Shown here: piece by piece, positions 1-8,712 of the stretch
How positions within the stretch are numbered: the stretch's first letter is position 1
Layout: each line of letters begins with the position of its first letter
Assembly (NCBI GenBank): GCA_051117555.1
Contig: JBNPEG010000142.1
Span: 1-28,648, forward strand
Length of the DNA stretch: 28,648 bases
Reading direction: 5' to 3'
DNA from: Elainellaceae cyanobacterium
Lineage (GTDB): Bacteria; Cyanobacteriota; Cyanobacteriia; CAZCXK01
Notes under the pieces: model-generated
What the model saw: the letters and a program-made list of their open reading frames with translations, nothing else
Database searches by the model: none
Told to the model about the DNA's origin: nothing
Position numbers and translations under genes: made by a program

Positions 1-41
1 CTTGGGACATGCCCCCAAAACCCTGACGAAATGCTTCGCCC

Positions 42-638
42 TTATTCTTTCACACGAAAGTTAGGCCAGGTTACGAAGCCCTTGACCTGGCAATTTAGTT
101 GATCCAACCATGCAGCCAGTTCATGATTACTGTTATGAAAAATAGTATAGGTTTGCGAGTCACGAACAAACACTAATTCACTATTTGAACCTTCAACACG
201 AGAATTAATGTTTTGGTGAAACCGTGCGTCTAAATCTGCTACCAGTTCCATCACGTCAGCGTTGGCAACAGAGATGCTCAGCAATGTGTCTTGCCAATCA
301 GAACCCAAGACTTGCCTTAAATCAGACAAATCGCTGAATTCCTGTCTAGCAAGTGTTCCTGGAGTTGGCGCAAACAGAGCCGCAACCCCATCAACTACCC
401 CATGTTGGTTTAAGGCAAAATATCTCCAATCTCCATAGGCATATTGGACTAACCCACCTTCACCGTCTGGTAAAAGCAGCCTTGAATGAAATCCATAATC
501 GGTGATGTAAACAGTTGTCGGGACAACTGGCGCAGCGGGGGGAATGATCACCGTAGGCGTGCGAATTAAAACTACAGCAGCAGTTGCCAAAGCTAGAGTG
601 ACAAATATTGATGTCGCAACTCTGCGTGAGGATTTCAC
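42..638 (-). CDS. Secreted/membrane-anchored DUF2459-like hypothetical protein
   Basis: N-terminal hydrophobic helix. Motifs VYITDYGFHSRLLLP, YAYGDWRYF and YTIFHNSN resemble the DUF2459 family. GTG start. Confidence 0.55.
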   Translation of the reverse strand: MKSSRRVATSIFVTLALATAAVVLIRTPTVIIPPAAPVVPTTVYITDYGFHSRLLLPDGEGGLVQYAYGDWRYFALNQHGVVDGVAALFAPTPGTLARQEFSDLSDLRQVLGSDWQDTLLSISVANADVMELVADLDARFHQNINSRVEGSNSELVFVRDSQTYTIFHNSNHELAAWLDQLNCQVKGFVTWPNFRVKE

Positions 639-658
639 GGCATGATTTCAATCAATAT

Positions 659-676
659 CTAAGCCCGTAGGGCTAT
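659..676 (-). repeat. Solo left end of the TATAGCCC MITE-like family
   Basis: Reverse complement ATAGCCCTACGGGCTTAG matches the left ends at 15494, 25498 and 28626. Confidence 0.55.
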
Positions 677-771
677 CTTGTCTGGTTTGAATTAGACCTT
701 TCCCTATCGAGTCGACGATGATACTCCCAGTGTAATCGTACTGAATTCATCGTGACACTCTCATAACAGCA

Positions 772-802
772 ATAGGGACACAGCACCGCGCCGTGTCCCT
801 AT
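772..802. repeat. REP-like hairpin downstream of tal (may stabilise or terminate the transcript)
   Basis: ATAGGGACAC-agcaccgcgcc-GTGTCCCTAT, perfect 10-bp arms; resembles cyanobacterial (G)TAGGG...CCCTA(C) repeats. Confidence 0.65.
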
Positions 803-822
803 GACGTCAGCTCACGTTAGCG

Positions 823-2004
823 TTAGGACATTACCTCCATCTGAACGGCTGCTCCTAACCCGGCTGCCATTTCATCCGGGCTGATTTTGCCATCTTTGTC
901 TATATCGAGTGCATCAAACACAGCATCGGTGCCCATCCACTCTTCGCGAGTGATAAAGCCATCCCCATCGAGGTCATAGACCAGAAACACATCGTGTGCA
1001 GCATTGCTTAGCGTGTTTCCGCTTTCGAGCTTAGCCAGTCGTGCTTCCAGCAACGATTCGAGGGTGGCGATCGCCTTTGAGAATCCCTGAATGCCCTCAT
1101 CCAGCTTTTCATAGGCCATGCGGTTATCCGCATGCATTTGGTCAAAGGTCGCCTTATCCACCACCATTTTCTCAAGATCCAGCGTGGCTGATTTTTCTGG
1201 GTCGAGCTTGCGAGGCAAGTCACCTTCCGTTTCTTTCAACTGCTTCAGCAAGGCGGGCGAAATCGTTAGCAGATCGCAACCTGCCAGTTCGCAAATTTCC
1301 CCAATGTTGCGGAAACTCGCGCCCATGACTTCCGTTTTGTAGCCAAACTTACGAAAGTAGTTATAAATCTGCGTCACGGATACCACGCCTGGATCTTCCT
1401 CAGGCGGATATGAGTCGCGTCCCGTGCTCTTCTTGTACCAGTCTAAAATGCGGCCAACAAACGGCGAGATCAGAGTCACTCCAGCATCTGCACAGGCTGC
1501 TGCTTGATGGATGCCAAATAGCAGCGTTAGATTACAGTGAATTCCTTCTTTCTCAAGCACTTCAGCCGCTTGAATGCCTTCCCACGTCGAGGCAATTTTG
1601 ATCAAGACGCGACTCGCATCAGCACCCGCTTTCTTGTACTGGTCAATGATGTAGCGTGCCTTCGCAAGAGTTGCCTGCGTATCGTATGACAAGCGAGCAT
1701 CGACCTCGGTCGAGACCCGACCTGGCACAATATCTAAAATGCGAAGCCCAAATGCTACTGAGAGTTGGTCAATCGCTAAATTGACGATTTGCTTAGCACT
1801 CGCACTCGCGCCCAATTCGTCTCGCGCCCGCTTGAGGGTATCGTCTACAATATCTTGATAATCCTCCATTTGGGCGGCAGCCGTAATCAGAGAAGGATTT
1901 GTCGTCGTATCTTGAGGGGTAAAGGTTTCGATCGCCTTAATATCTCCCGTATCTGCCACCACAACGGTCATCTGGCGGAGTTGATCAAGCAGGCTTTGGC
2001 TCAT
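823..2004 (-). CDS. tal: Transaldolase with C-terminal EF-hand pair
   Basis: [40 protein letters not shown] (Schiff-base Lys) and [12 protein letters not shown]-terminal [12 protein letters not shown] and [12 protein letters not shown] loops. AAGGAG RBS. Confidence 0.97.
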   Translation of the reverse strand: MSQSLLDQLRQMTVVVADTGDIKAIETFTPQDTTTNPSLITAAAQMEDYQDIVDDTLKRARDELGASASAKQIVNLAIDQLSVAFGLRILDIVPGRVSTEVDARLSYDTQATLAKARYIIDQYKKAGADASRVLIKIASTWEGIQAAEVLEKEGIHCNLTLLFGIHQAAACADAGVTLISPFVGRILDWYKKSTGRDSYPPEEDPGVVSVTQIYNYFRKFGYKTEVMGASFRNIGEICELAGCDLLTISPALLKQLKETEGDLPRKLDPEKSATLDLEKMVVDKATFDQMHADNRMAYEKLDEGIQGFSKAIATLESLLEARLAKLESGNTLSNAAHDVFLVYDLDGDGFITREEWMGTDAVFDALDIDKDGKISPDEMAAGLGAAVQMEVMS

Positions 2005-2201
2005 GTCTTGCTCCTTATAGAACTAACAGCAATCAGTGAAATCAACGCAATGATGCAATAAAAATGCAATAAATGGACAACCCCAGCTTGCTTCACTATA
2101 AGCGGGCTTTCCGAAATGGTGCCTGAGCTTTAGATAAGGTTAATCAAGCTGGGGACGCGACACACTATTAGAGAAATGCGGAACTAGATCAGCACCGAGA
2201 A

Positions 2202-2891
2202 TCATCGTTCTCGTGAAATTAAAATTAGCTGCGCCAGTTGTAACACGGCATACAGAGCTGTTGCGACATAGGTCCAAGCAGCCGCTTGCAATACCCGTCG
2301 TGCCCCTCGATTTTCGTCACCTTGCAAGATGCCAAGCTGATCAATCAGCTTGAGGGCACGGCTAGAGGCATCAAATTCAACGGGCAACGTAATCAGATGA
2401 AAGGCAATCACGGCAAGAAATAAAACAATACCGATATTGATAAACAGCGTCGAAATGCTGCCCATCGCATTTAAGAAAATCCCGGCAATTACCAGCATGG
2501 GGCCAATCTGAGATCCAATATTGGCGGCTGGAACTAGGGTCGCCCGAAAATTCATAAACGAATAGCCATGCTTATGTTGCAACACATGTCCGCATTCATG
2601 GGCTGCGATCGCCGCTGCTGCGAGTGACTTGGAATTATAAATACCTTGAGACAGCCGAACCGCTTTAGCACCCGGATCATAATGATCGGTCAGCTCCCCT
2701 GAAACAGGCTCAACCCGAACATCGGTAATGCCCATCTTTTGCAAAATCATGTGGGCAACCTGTGATCCGGTCATTCCCATCTTGGACGGAACCTGAGAAT
2801 AGCGGCGGTAGGCACCTTTGACCTGGCTTTGCGACCAGAACATGAGAATCATGCCCGGAATCAAAAGAAGATAAGACCAATGGAAGAACAT
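2202..2891 (-). CDS. Membrane zinc metallopeptidase (YugP / Zn_peptidase_2 family)
   Basis: LTDHYDP, AAHECGH (HExxH), TLPVEFDASSRA and AAAWTYVA, with several TM segments. Confidence 0.92.
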   Translation of the reverse strand: MFFHWSYLLLIPGMILMFWSQSQVKGAYRRYSQVPSKMGMTGSQVAHMILQKMGITDVRVEPVSGELTDHYDPGAKAVRLSQGIYNSKSLAAAAIAAHECGHVLQHKHGYSFMNFRATLVPAANIGSQIGPMLVIAGIFLNAMGSISTLFINIGIVLFLAVIAFHLITLPVEFDASSRALKLIDQLGILQGDENRGARRVLQAAAWTYVATALYAVLQLAQLILISRER

Positions 2892-2989
2892 AAGTTGCTC
2901 TCTTGTGCTGAGGAAGGGGTAATAAAAAAAAGTAATGGGAAAACCAACGTGTTATATCTCTTTAATACTCAGCTTTAACCGAAATTGTC

Positions 2990-3079
2990 TATAGCGATCC
3001 TAAATCGCTTGTGAATTGTTTGTGAGCAGTGGGGCGGGCGTCGCCCGCCACTGCTCACAACCCATCTGGGATTGCTATA
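2990..3079. mobile_element. ~90-bp MITE-like element with TATAGC termini and an internal GC-rich hairpin
   Basis: Left end TATAGCGATCC and right end GGATTGCTATA form an inverted repeat with 1 mismatch in 11. Internal stem TTGTGAGCAGTGG...CCACTGCTCACAA (3020-3060). Confidence 0.7.
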
Positions 3080-3276
3080 TTTTCTTAAAAACTTAACGAA
3101 GGGTTGGGAATAATCCTAAGCGATTGATGAAAGCGTCAATCGTTTGCTCATAATTCGCTCGCGGGTAGAATATGGGCTAGAAAATGTTAAGTCTTACAAC
3201 GAGAATGACAATTTGCTTCAACTCCTAAGGAAAGATTAAAGCTTAGATATTGGACATGTATCAGGAGAGTGTGACG

Positions 3277-3537
3277 TTGACTTACTTGACATTGCTTGCG
3301 GCTGTTCCGAATACCCTGTCGTGGAGTCCTAAAGTTGCGATCGTAATGATTCTCTGCAACGTGTTGGCGATCGCCTTTGGGAAGCTGACGATGCAAAAAC
3401 CGAGTGCAGGTCCAGAGCTGCCCATGTCTCCCATGTTTGGAGGAATGGGGTTGCCTGCCTTGCTAGCGACGACTAGTTTTGGTCACCTGATTGGTGCAGG
3501 CGTGATCTTAGGGCTTGCTAACATCGGTGCGTTGTAA
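3277..3537 (+). CDS. psaK: Photosystem I reaction centre subunit PsaK
   Basis: WSPKVAIVMILCNVLAIAFG and LLATTSFGHLIGAGVILGLANIG. TTG at 3277 follows AGGAG at 3263-3267; the track's start at 3250 is probably too early. Confidence 0.95.
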   Translation: MTYLTLLAAVPNTLSWSPKVAIVMILCNVLAIAFGKLTMQKPSAGPELPMSPMFGGMGLPALLATTSFGHLIGAGVILGLANIGAL

Positions 3538-3662
3538 GCATCTCTGTCAGCATCCTTGCTCCCCTCTCAATCGACTTTATGCTGCTGAGCTTCACGGCTC
3601 AAATCAGCTATCCTGCGTTTGCCATCATTCTCTGCGTATTGTGCTCTGCTAACACATGCCTC

Positions 3663-3699
3663 AACAGCAGGTTTTCGTCTTGAAACCTGCTGTTTTTTT
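3663..3699 (+). terminator. Rho-independent terminator after psaK
   Basis: AACAGCAGGTTT-loop-AAACCTGCTGTT followed by a T run. Confidence 0.85.
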
Positions 3700-3737
3700 A
3701 AGCTTGCTTGACCAGAGACGACGCACTACTGCCGTTC

Positions 3738-4043
3738 CTAATCAGCCGCGACGTCAACCGTCAGCACATTAGGCTCCGATACATCAGGTTCGGCCTGAGC
3801 CACATCCCCCGAATTGCGGCGACCAATCCACTCTAAAAACATTTGAGACAACTCTGCGACCAGCAGGGTTGCAACAACGCCATCATCAATCCATCCAATG
3901 ATTGGAATAAAATCTGGCGAGATATCAAATGGGCTAACGAGATAGGCGATCGTTGCTAGCACAATAATCCATCGATATTTTGCGTTGCGAATTGCGCCGC
4001 GATACCAGTTGTAAAATGCTTGAATCACGTTTGAAGATTTCAT
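3738..4043 (-). CDS. DUF1232 (YkvA) family membrane protein
   Basis: YLVSPFDISPDFIPIIGWIDD signature. Start placed at ATG 4043 (MKSSNVIQAFYNWYR). Confidence 0.88.
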   Translation of the reverse strand: MKSSNVIQAFYNWYRGAIRNAKYRWIIVLATIAYLVSPFDISPDFIPIIGWIDDGVVATLLVAELSQMFLEWIGRRNSGDVAQAEPDVSEPNVLTVDVAAD

Positions 4044-4213
4044 AGGCTTACCCTTGAACCGACCAATATCCTTATAGTGACAAGTTCTGCCCTTGTGGAA
4101 AAGTGGGGATATTACGCTGAAGAGGGTCGTAGAGTCCACCCGGTAAATTTCCGGCAAATTTCTCATGAGAATTGAGTGAAGGCATTCTCGTGTTGGTAAA
4201 GGTTCTCAAAAGT

Positions 4214-4229
4214 TGTGATCTCGATTACA
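4214..4229. promoter_or_regulatory. Candidate CRP-family (SyCRP1/NtcA-like) binding site
   Basis: TGTGA-TCTCGA-TTACA is one mismatch from TGTGA-N6-TCACA and also reads GTG-N8-TAC. It lies in the divergent intergenic region. Confidence 0.5.
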
Positions 4230-4328
4230 GATTAACCCGGTAAGAATCACACGTAGCGTTGGGGCAACATCACTTCCTAGGCAAAAGAAAAAAGGGATAT
4301 TAAATCAATCAATTGTTCCCCAACCTTT

Positions 4329-4526
4329 ATGCAATCTTCATCCGCCCTCCAAAACCAATCCTTCGACCGCGTGATCCACGGCATTCTTGCATCTCGCCGC
4401 ATCACTCGCCCCGATCAGAAGTGTCTGATGGTATCATCCTCTAACTCTCCTAGCGAATACGGGCGATCACGTCTAGACCGGGTTTATGATGCCCTTAAAC
4501 AAGGGCTGCTTCGAGTGGTCGATTAA
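4329..4526 (+). CDS. Small cyanobacterial hypothetical protein (65 aa)
   Basis: ILASRRITR...DRVYDALKQGLLRVVD resembles a small cyanobacterial family ending in GxLxVVD. Confidence 0.7.
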   Translation: MQSSSALQNQSFDRVIHGILASRRITRPDQKCLMVSSSNSPSEYGRSRLDRVYDALKQGLLRVVD

Positions 4527-4601
4527 GACGTCGACTAAGATTCTGATGCAACCAAAATCGTGAGGCAATGTTAACGACTGATTATAGGAGACAAGCACAC
4601 T

Positions 4602-4706
4602 ATGCCAAGCACCTCTGCTAAGCCCTTGCGCCCCAATCCATTTGTGGTCTACCGAGATCCGGCAACCGGTCAATGGATCACCGTCAAAAAAGACAAGAAA
4701 CAATAG
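4602..4706 (+). CDS. 34-aa small protein MPSTSAKPLRPNPFVVYRDPATGQWITVKKDKKQ (not in the ORF track)
   Basis: AGGAG RBS at 4586-4590, ATG 4602, TAG 4704-4706. Protein-like NPFxxYRDPxTGxW motif. Confidence 0.7.
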   Translation: MPSTSAKPLRPNPFVVYRDPATGQWITVKKDKKQ

Positions 4707-4762
4707 TGTAGGCCCATCGATGTATCCAGCGGCCAGTGGCGTAATTAACGTAAATGAGCGCC

Positions 4763-4795
4763 CGCTGAGATTGATACGCTGAGATTGATAGGCTG
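4763..4795. repeat. 14-bp tandem repeat (CGCTGAGATTGATA)x2 plus a partial copy
   Basis: Read directly from the sequence. Confidence 0.8.
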
Positions 4796-4879
4796 CTGTT
4801 CGGATGGTCGAGCAATGTGAAACAATTGCGGAATGGAGGGCTTCCCTTCTGACTAAATGTTGCCTCCACGTGATCTCGA

Positions 4880-5554
4880 ATGTATGATAACCAGCCCATT
4901 ACTCATGTCATCTATGACCTCGACGGTCTGCTTCTAGATACCGAGTCTTTAATCGATCGAGTCAATGCCATCATTACAGGTCACTATGGCAAAGCTGTCG
5001 ATTCGTCTATCAAATCCAAAATTGCTGGACGCAATGCATTAGAGTCAGCGCAAATCTTGATTGATGATTTAGAGCTACCCCTCACGCCTCACGATTATCT
5101 TCAACACAAAGATACGCTGATCGACGACATTTATCCTCAGGCGCAACCCCTACCTGGGGTAATCAGCCTGATTCAGCATTTACACCATCACAAAATTCCC
5201 CAAGCCGTCGCAACGAGTTCGTCTCAGCGTCCATTTAGCTTAAAGACGATGTTTCATCACGCATGGTTTGATCTCTTTGATTGCATTGTGACGGGCGATG
5301 ACCCTGATATTGGCGCCGGTAAGCCTGCACCTGATATCTTCCTGATTGCGGCAGCACGAATGGGGGCATCTCCTGCAACGTGTCTCGTATTCGAAGATTC
5401 ATTAGCTGGCGTTGCGGCGGCGCGGTCAGCAGGCATGTCAGTGGTCGCAGTGCCTGATGCATCAATGGATTGGCAACGCTATCAAGATGCTCATCAGATT
5501 TTGAGCTCACTGACCGAATTTAAGCCAGAACACTGGCATCTTCCTGCCCAATAG
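4880..5554 (+). CDS. HAD-superfamily phosphatase (HDHD1/pseudouridine-5'-phosphatase/GPP-like)
   Basis: DLDGLLLDTE (motif I), ATSS (II), KPAPDIF (III) and FEDSLAG (IV). Confidence 0.9.
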   Translation: MYDNQPITHVIYDLDGLLLDTESLIDRVNAIITGHYGKAVDSSIKSKIAGRNALESAQILIDDLELPLTPHDYLQHKDTLIDDIYPQAQPLPGVISLIQHLHHHKIPQAVATSSSQRPFSLKTMFHHAWFDLFDCIVTGDDPDIGAGKPAPDIFLIAAARMGASPATCLVFEDSLAGVAAARSAGMSVVAVPDASMDWQRYQDAHQILSSLTEFKPEHWHLPAQ

Positions 5555-5630
5555 TTCTTTGTTGCCTTAGCGACTAACGTCGCGGGTTATTATTCGAGAA
5601 GCCGCAAGCGTCTATTAACCGCTGGCCCCT

Positions 5631-6260
5631 TTAGAGCATCCTTTGTCTCAGATCCGCTAGCCGACGCACGATCGTGCAAGCATCTGACACAATCGAGCGA
5701 TGATTTTCGGGAGTCAAAATTGGGACATGTAGAAACACACATAAGCTTCGTAGGTCTTTACATTTCAAATGATTCAACAGATCGAAATACAAACGATTGC
5801 AGACAAACGTTCCGGCATCGTGGCTGATGTCTGTCATGCGTAACCCGCTAATGAGGGCGTCAAGTCGAATAGACGTGCGCAAACTCGTATCATCTACAAC
5901 GGCTTGTGATTCTACATTGAGGCGAGTTCTAGATTCTGCCATGCCGCAGCAGAGAATGATATCGGGCTGAAGAGCCGTTAACTGGGCGATCGCCATCTGA
6001 GGCGCGAGTTCAAAATCGACGGGCATGTGTCGCAGATAGTAGAGTCGCAGATCGGAGAAGGGTTGCATCTGTAACTTGAGTAGCAAATCATCTGATGAGT
6101 TGGATAATTGGTGGGCTTCCCACGTTCTGAATGACGTCAGCAAAATAGACGGGCATGACGACCTTGAAGAATCCGATACCGAATCAGAGAATAAGCCATT
6201 ACGGAGAGAAGTATAGGAATTAGGAAAATCCGATATAGATGAATCAAAGGTTTGAGCCAT
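5631..6260 (-). CDS. Pyroglutamyl-peptidase I family (peptidase C15)
   Basis: ILLTSF, PDIILCCG, ISHDAGTFVCN (catalytic Cys) and FLHVP (His). Confidence 0.85.
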   Translation of the reverse strand: MAQTFDSSISDFPNSYTSLRNGLFSDSVSDSSRSSCPSILLTSFRTWEAHQLSNSSDDLLLKLQMQPFSDLRLYYLRHMPVDFELAPQMAIAQLTALQPDIILCCGMAESRTRLNVESQAVVDDTSLRTSIRLDALISGLRMTDISHDAGTFVCNRLYFDLLNHLKCKDLRSLCVFLHVPILTPENHRSIVSDACTIVRRLADLRQRML

Positions 6261-6423
6261 AATCGTGACGAGTACCCGAATGAATCTTACTCATCGATAG
6301 CAAATCAGGCACTCAAACGTCGATGTGGGATCAATCCATCTATGCTCTTCAAATTTTTGTCTCGCAACGGTTGACTCCCACACTATAGTAGTAATGGTGT
6401 CGCGCTTAGTCGGAGGTACAGGT

Positions 6424-7068
6424 ATGACTCGAATTGCCGTAATCGATTACGACATGGGAAATCTTCACTCTGCCTGTAAAGGACTCGAGAATGCTGGCGC
6501 CATTCCTGCCATCACCGACTCCTATCAAGAGTTAGAAAATGCAGATGCGGTGATTCTGCCAGGAGTTGGGGCATTCGATCCCGCCATTCAGCACTTGCGA
6601 TCGCGCGATTTGATTCAACCCATCCAAGACATCATTGCCAGCGGCAAGCCATTTTTAGGGATTTGCCTTGGGCTACAAATCTTGCTGGACGGTAGTGAAG
6701 AAGGCCACGAACCAGGCTTAGGCGTCATCCCTGGAATGGTGCGACGGTTCCGCCACGAACCGGGCATTACGATTCCTCAGATGGGATGGAATCAACTTGA
6801 ACGAACCCAACCTAATCTACCGCTTTGGCAAGCACTGCCCGATGAACCTTGGGTCTATTTCGTACACTCATTTTATGCCGATCCGGCTGATCCGGCTGTA
6901 AATGCCGCAACTGTCACTCATGGCAGCCAAACGGTCACTGCGGCGATCGCCCGCGACAACCTGATGGCGGTTCAGTTTCACCCTGAGAAGTCATCAACAA
7001 CCGGACTACAAATACTGGCTAATTTTGTTCACATGGTTCATTCTCAGCAACTCGCCGCGACAGCGTAG
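6424..7068 (+). CDS. hisH: Imidazole glycerol phosphate synthase glutaminase subunit
   Basis: IDYDMGNLHS, LPGVGAF, LGICLGLQ, YFVHSF and QFHPEKS. GGAGG RBS precedes ATG 6424. Confidence 0.97.
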   Translation: MTRIAVIDYDMGNLHSACKGLENAGAIPAITDSYQELENADAVILPGVGAFDPAIQHLRSRDLIQPIQDIIASGKPFLGICLGLQILLDGSEEGHEPGLGVIPGMVRRFRHEPGITIPQMGWNQLERTQPNLPLWQALPDEPWVYFVHSFYADPADPAVNAATVTHGSQTVTAAIARDNLMAVQFHPEKSSTTGLQILANFVHMVHSQQLAATA

Positions 7069-7092
7069 TGCCGATGACTAATCACTGCAGTC

Positions 7093-7665
7093 ATGAGCCT
7101 CCGAATCTACGGCAATCGCCCCTTAAAAACTGTTCCAGGTCGAGATACTCGTCCAACTCCGGCGCGGGTTCGCGAGGCATTGTTTAATATTTGGCAGGGT
7201 GACATTGAAGGCTGTCGCTGGCTTGATTTATGTGCAGGAACCGGAGCAATGAGCGCGGAGGCTCTCTGTCGCGGCGCATCCTTGGTAGTTGGGATCGAGC
7301 AGTCGAGTCGAGCCTGTGCAGTTATTCAGCACAACTGGCAGCAAGTCGCCACGCCTCAGCAGTCTATTCAACTCGTTCGAGGCAATATTCTCCAGCGACT
7401 GCCTCGCCTTGCTCGACACCCGTTTGATCGCATTTATTTTGACCCCCCCTATGCAAGTGGGCTATATCGTCCTGCTCTAGAGGCGATCGCGCACCATCGG
7501 TTGTTAGCACCTAACGGTGAAATAGCCGTGGAACACAGCCCAGAGATTTTGCTTCCAGAGACGCTAAACAGCTCTGATGCAGACGGAATAGACTTAGTTC
7601 AGTGTCGCCACAAAGTCTATGGTGGAACGGCTTTAACTTTCTATGAATTCTATAAAATAGATTGA
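7093..7665 (+). CDS. rsmD: 16S rRNA m2G966 methyltransferase
   Basis: TRPTPARVREALFNI, LDLCAGTGA, EALCRGA and FDPPY. Confidence 0.95.
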   Translation: MSLRIYGNRPLKTVPGRDTRPTPARVREALFNIWQGDIEGCRWLDLCAGTGAMSAEALCRGASLVVGIEQSSRACAVIQHNWQQVATPQQSIQLVRGNILQRLPRLARHPFDRIYFDPPYASGLYRPALEAIAHHRLLAPNGEIAVEHSPEILLPETLNSSDADGIDLVQCRHKVYGGTALTFYEFYKID

Positions 7666-7757
7666 AATAGATCGTCTGGCTCGTTTCAATTCCTAAGCGC
7701 TGAATTATAGCGGTATCTACTTAGGGGCCGTAAAGAAACAACTTCACGGTTTGATTG

Positions 7758-7845
7758 AGCTGTAGGGTGCTGTATAGCCTTTCAGGCATGGCTACGCTAA
7801 AGCGTCAGCGCACCGCACCACCACGAGGTTACTTTTTAATAAGCC
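7758..7845 (+). repeat. GTAG-type REP-like dispersed repeat carrying a 27-bp insertion (7774-7800)
   Basis: Aligns without gaps to the reverse complement of 22140-22200 except for the insert ATAGCCTTTCAGGCATGGCTACGCTAA. Confidence 0.75.
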
Positions 7846-7865
7846 TTTATCTCAATTGAAATTAT

Positions 7866-7911
7866 AAAAAACCTCTCTAAACAACTAGTTCAGAGAGTAG
7901 TTCAGAGAGGT
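7866..7911 (-). terminator. Probable petG terminator containing a 12-bp duplication
   Basis: ACCTCTCT...AGAGAGGT stem followed by a T run on the minus strand. TAGTTCAGAGAG is duplicated (7886-7909). Confidence 0.6.
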
Positions 7912-7947
7912 GGATTCAATCAAGTCAGGACTTACACAACGCCAGCG

Positions 7948-8061
7948 TTAAAGGTCAAACTGGTTGCCCCGACGGTATTGCAGGTAAGCCGCGACAAATA
8001 GCCCAGCGAGCGTCACCGGAACAAGCCCAAGCACAATACCGGAAATTAACGGTTCTACCAC
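7948..8061 (-). CDS. petG: Cytochrome b6f complex subunit V (not in the ORF track)
   Basis: Translates as [40 protein letters not shown] start preceded by AAGGAG. Confidence 0.97.
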   Translation of the reverse strand: MVEPLISGIVLGLVPVTLAGLFVAAYLQYRRGNQFDL

Positions 8062-8255
8062 AATTAAAACTCCTTAACAGACACAAAACTTAATGAATAT
8101 AGATGTCTAACGCTTTCTCAGCATGCTGACGATTATACCTATATATTTCGGATTATTTTTTCCGGCATTGTGCTGGAGAATCCTGAGTTACACCCCTATC
8201 TCCGATGATTCCGTTGCATCTGAGAGTGGCATTACAAAGAATAAAGTATTAAAGT

Positions 8256-8684
8256 ATGTTATTGAATAAAAACCGTTGTAAATTACCCTTGACTCAAGAA
8301 CTTTTGAAAGATCAGATTACTACTACCGAGACTGAGACTTCATTTTTAAGAATTGTAGTGGTGCTGTTGGCAATTGCAGCAATCATTAGTTCTGTCGTAT
8401 TCGGCATCTTTCAGTTTCAGCAGTCTGATCCGTATATTCAAGCGGTGTTGTCGTCTGTTGGTGATTCTGAACGAGGGCATGCAATCTTTGAACTTAATTG
8501 CTCTGGGTGTCATGGTATTTACGGTGATGGGCGGGTGGGGCCTAGTCTGCATCATATTTCTGACCACAAATCTAAAGTGGCGTTGATAAAGCAGGTCACC
8601 AGTGGTCAAACGCCGCCCATGCCACAGTTTCAACCCAGTCCTCAAGAAATGGCAGATCTGCTGGAATATTTAGAGAGGCTGTAA
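8256..8684 (+). CDS. cytM: Cytochrome cM
   Basis: N-terminal TM helix, CSGCH heme motif, GPSL and TPPMPQFQP. Divergent from petG, as is usual in cyanobacteria. The true start may be TTG 8289 or 8304. Confidence 0.88.
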   Translation: MLLNKNRCKLPLTQELLKDQITTTETETSFLRIVVVLLAIAAIISSVVFGIFQFQQSDPYIQAVLSSVGDSERGHAIFELNCSGCHGIYGDGRVGPSLHHISDHKSKVALIKQVTSGQTPPMPQFQPSPQEMADLLEYLERL

Positions 8685-8712
8685 GAGATGCGGTAGCGAT
8701 CTGCCTGATTTT

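Noticed and set aside
2081..2154. tRNA gene (74 nt, cloverleaf-like)
   Set aside because: No T-loop GTTCRA, no D-loop GG pattern and no 7-bp acceptor geometry. Kept only as a possible structured element.
3081..3240. RpaB HLR1 site in the psaK promoter
   Set aside because: TTACAA-like half-sites are present but not at the required 10-bp period.
4044..4166. N-terminal extension of the DUF1232 ORF
   Set aside because: It looks like promoter/UTR sequence. The family-like sequence starts at ATG 4043.
4473..4899. Two minus-strand ORFs (76 and 71 aa)
   Set aside because: No motifs or RBS. They are antisense to better-supported plus-strand genes.
6325..6423. N-terminal extension of HisH in the ORF track
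   Set aside because: Homology and the GGAGG RBS point to ATG 6424.
6424..8684. hisH-rsmD-petG-cytM clustering as a novel system
   Set aside because: This is a common conserved cyanobacterial gene order with no evident shared function.
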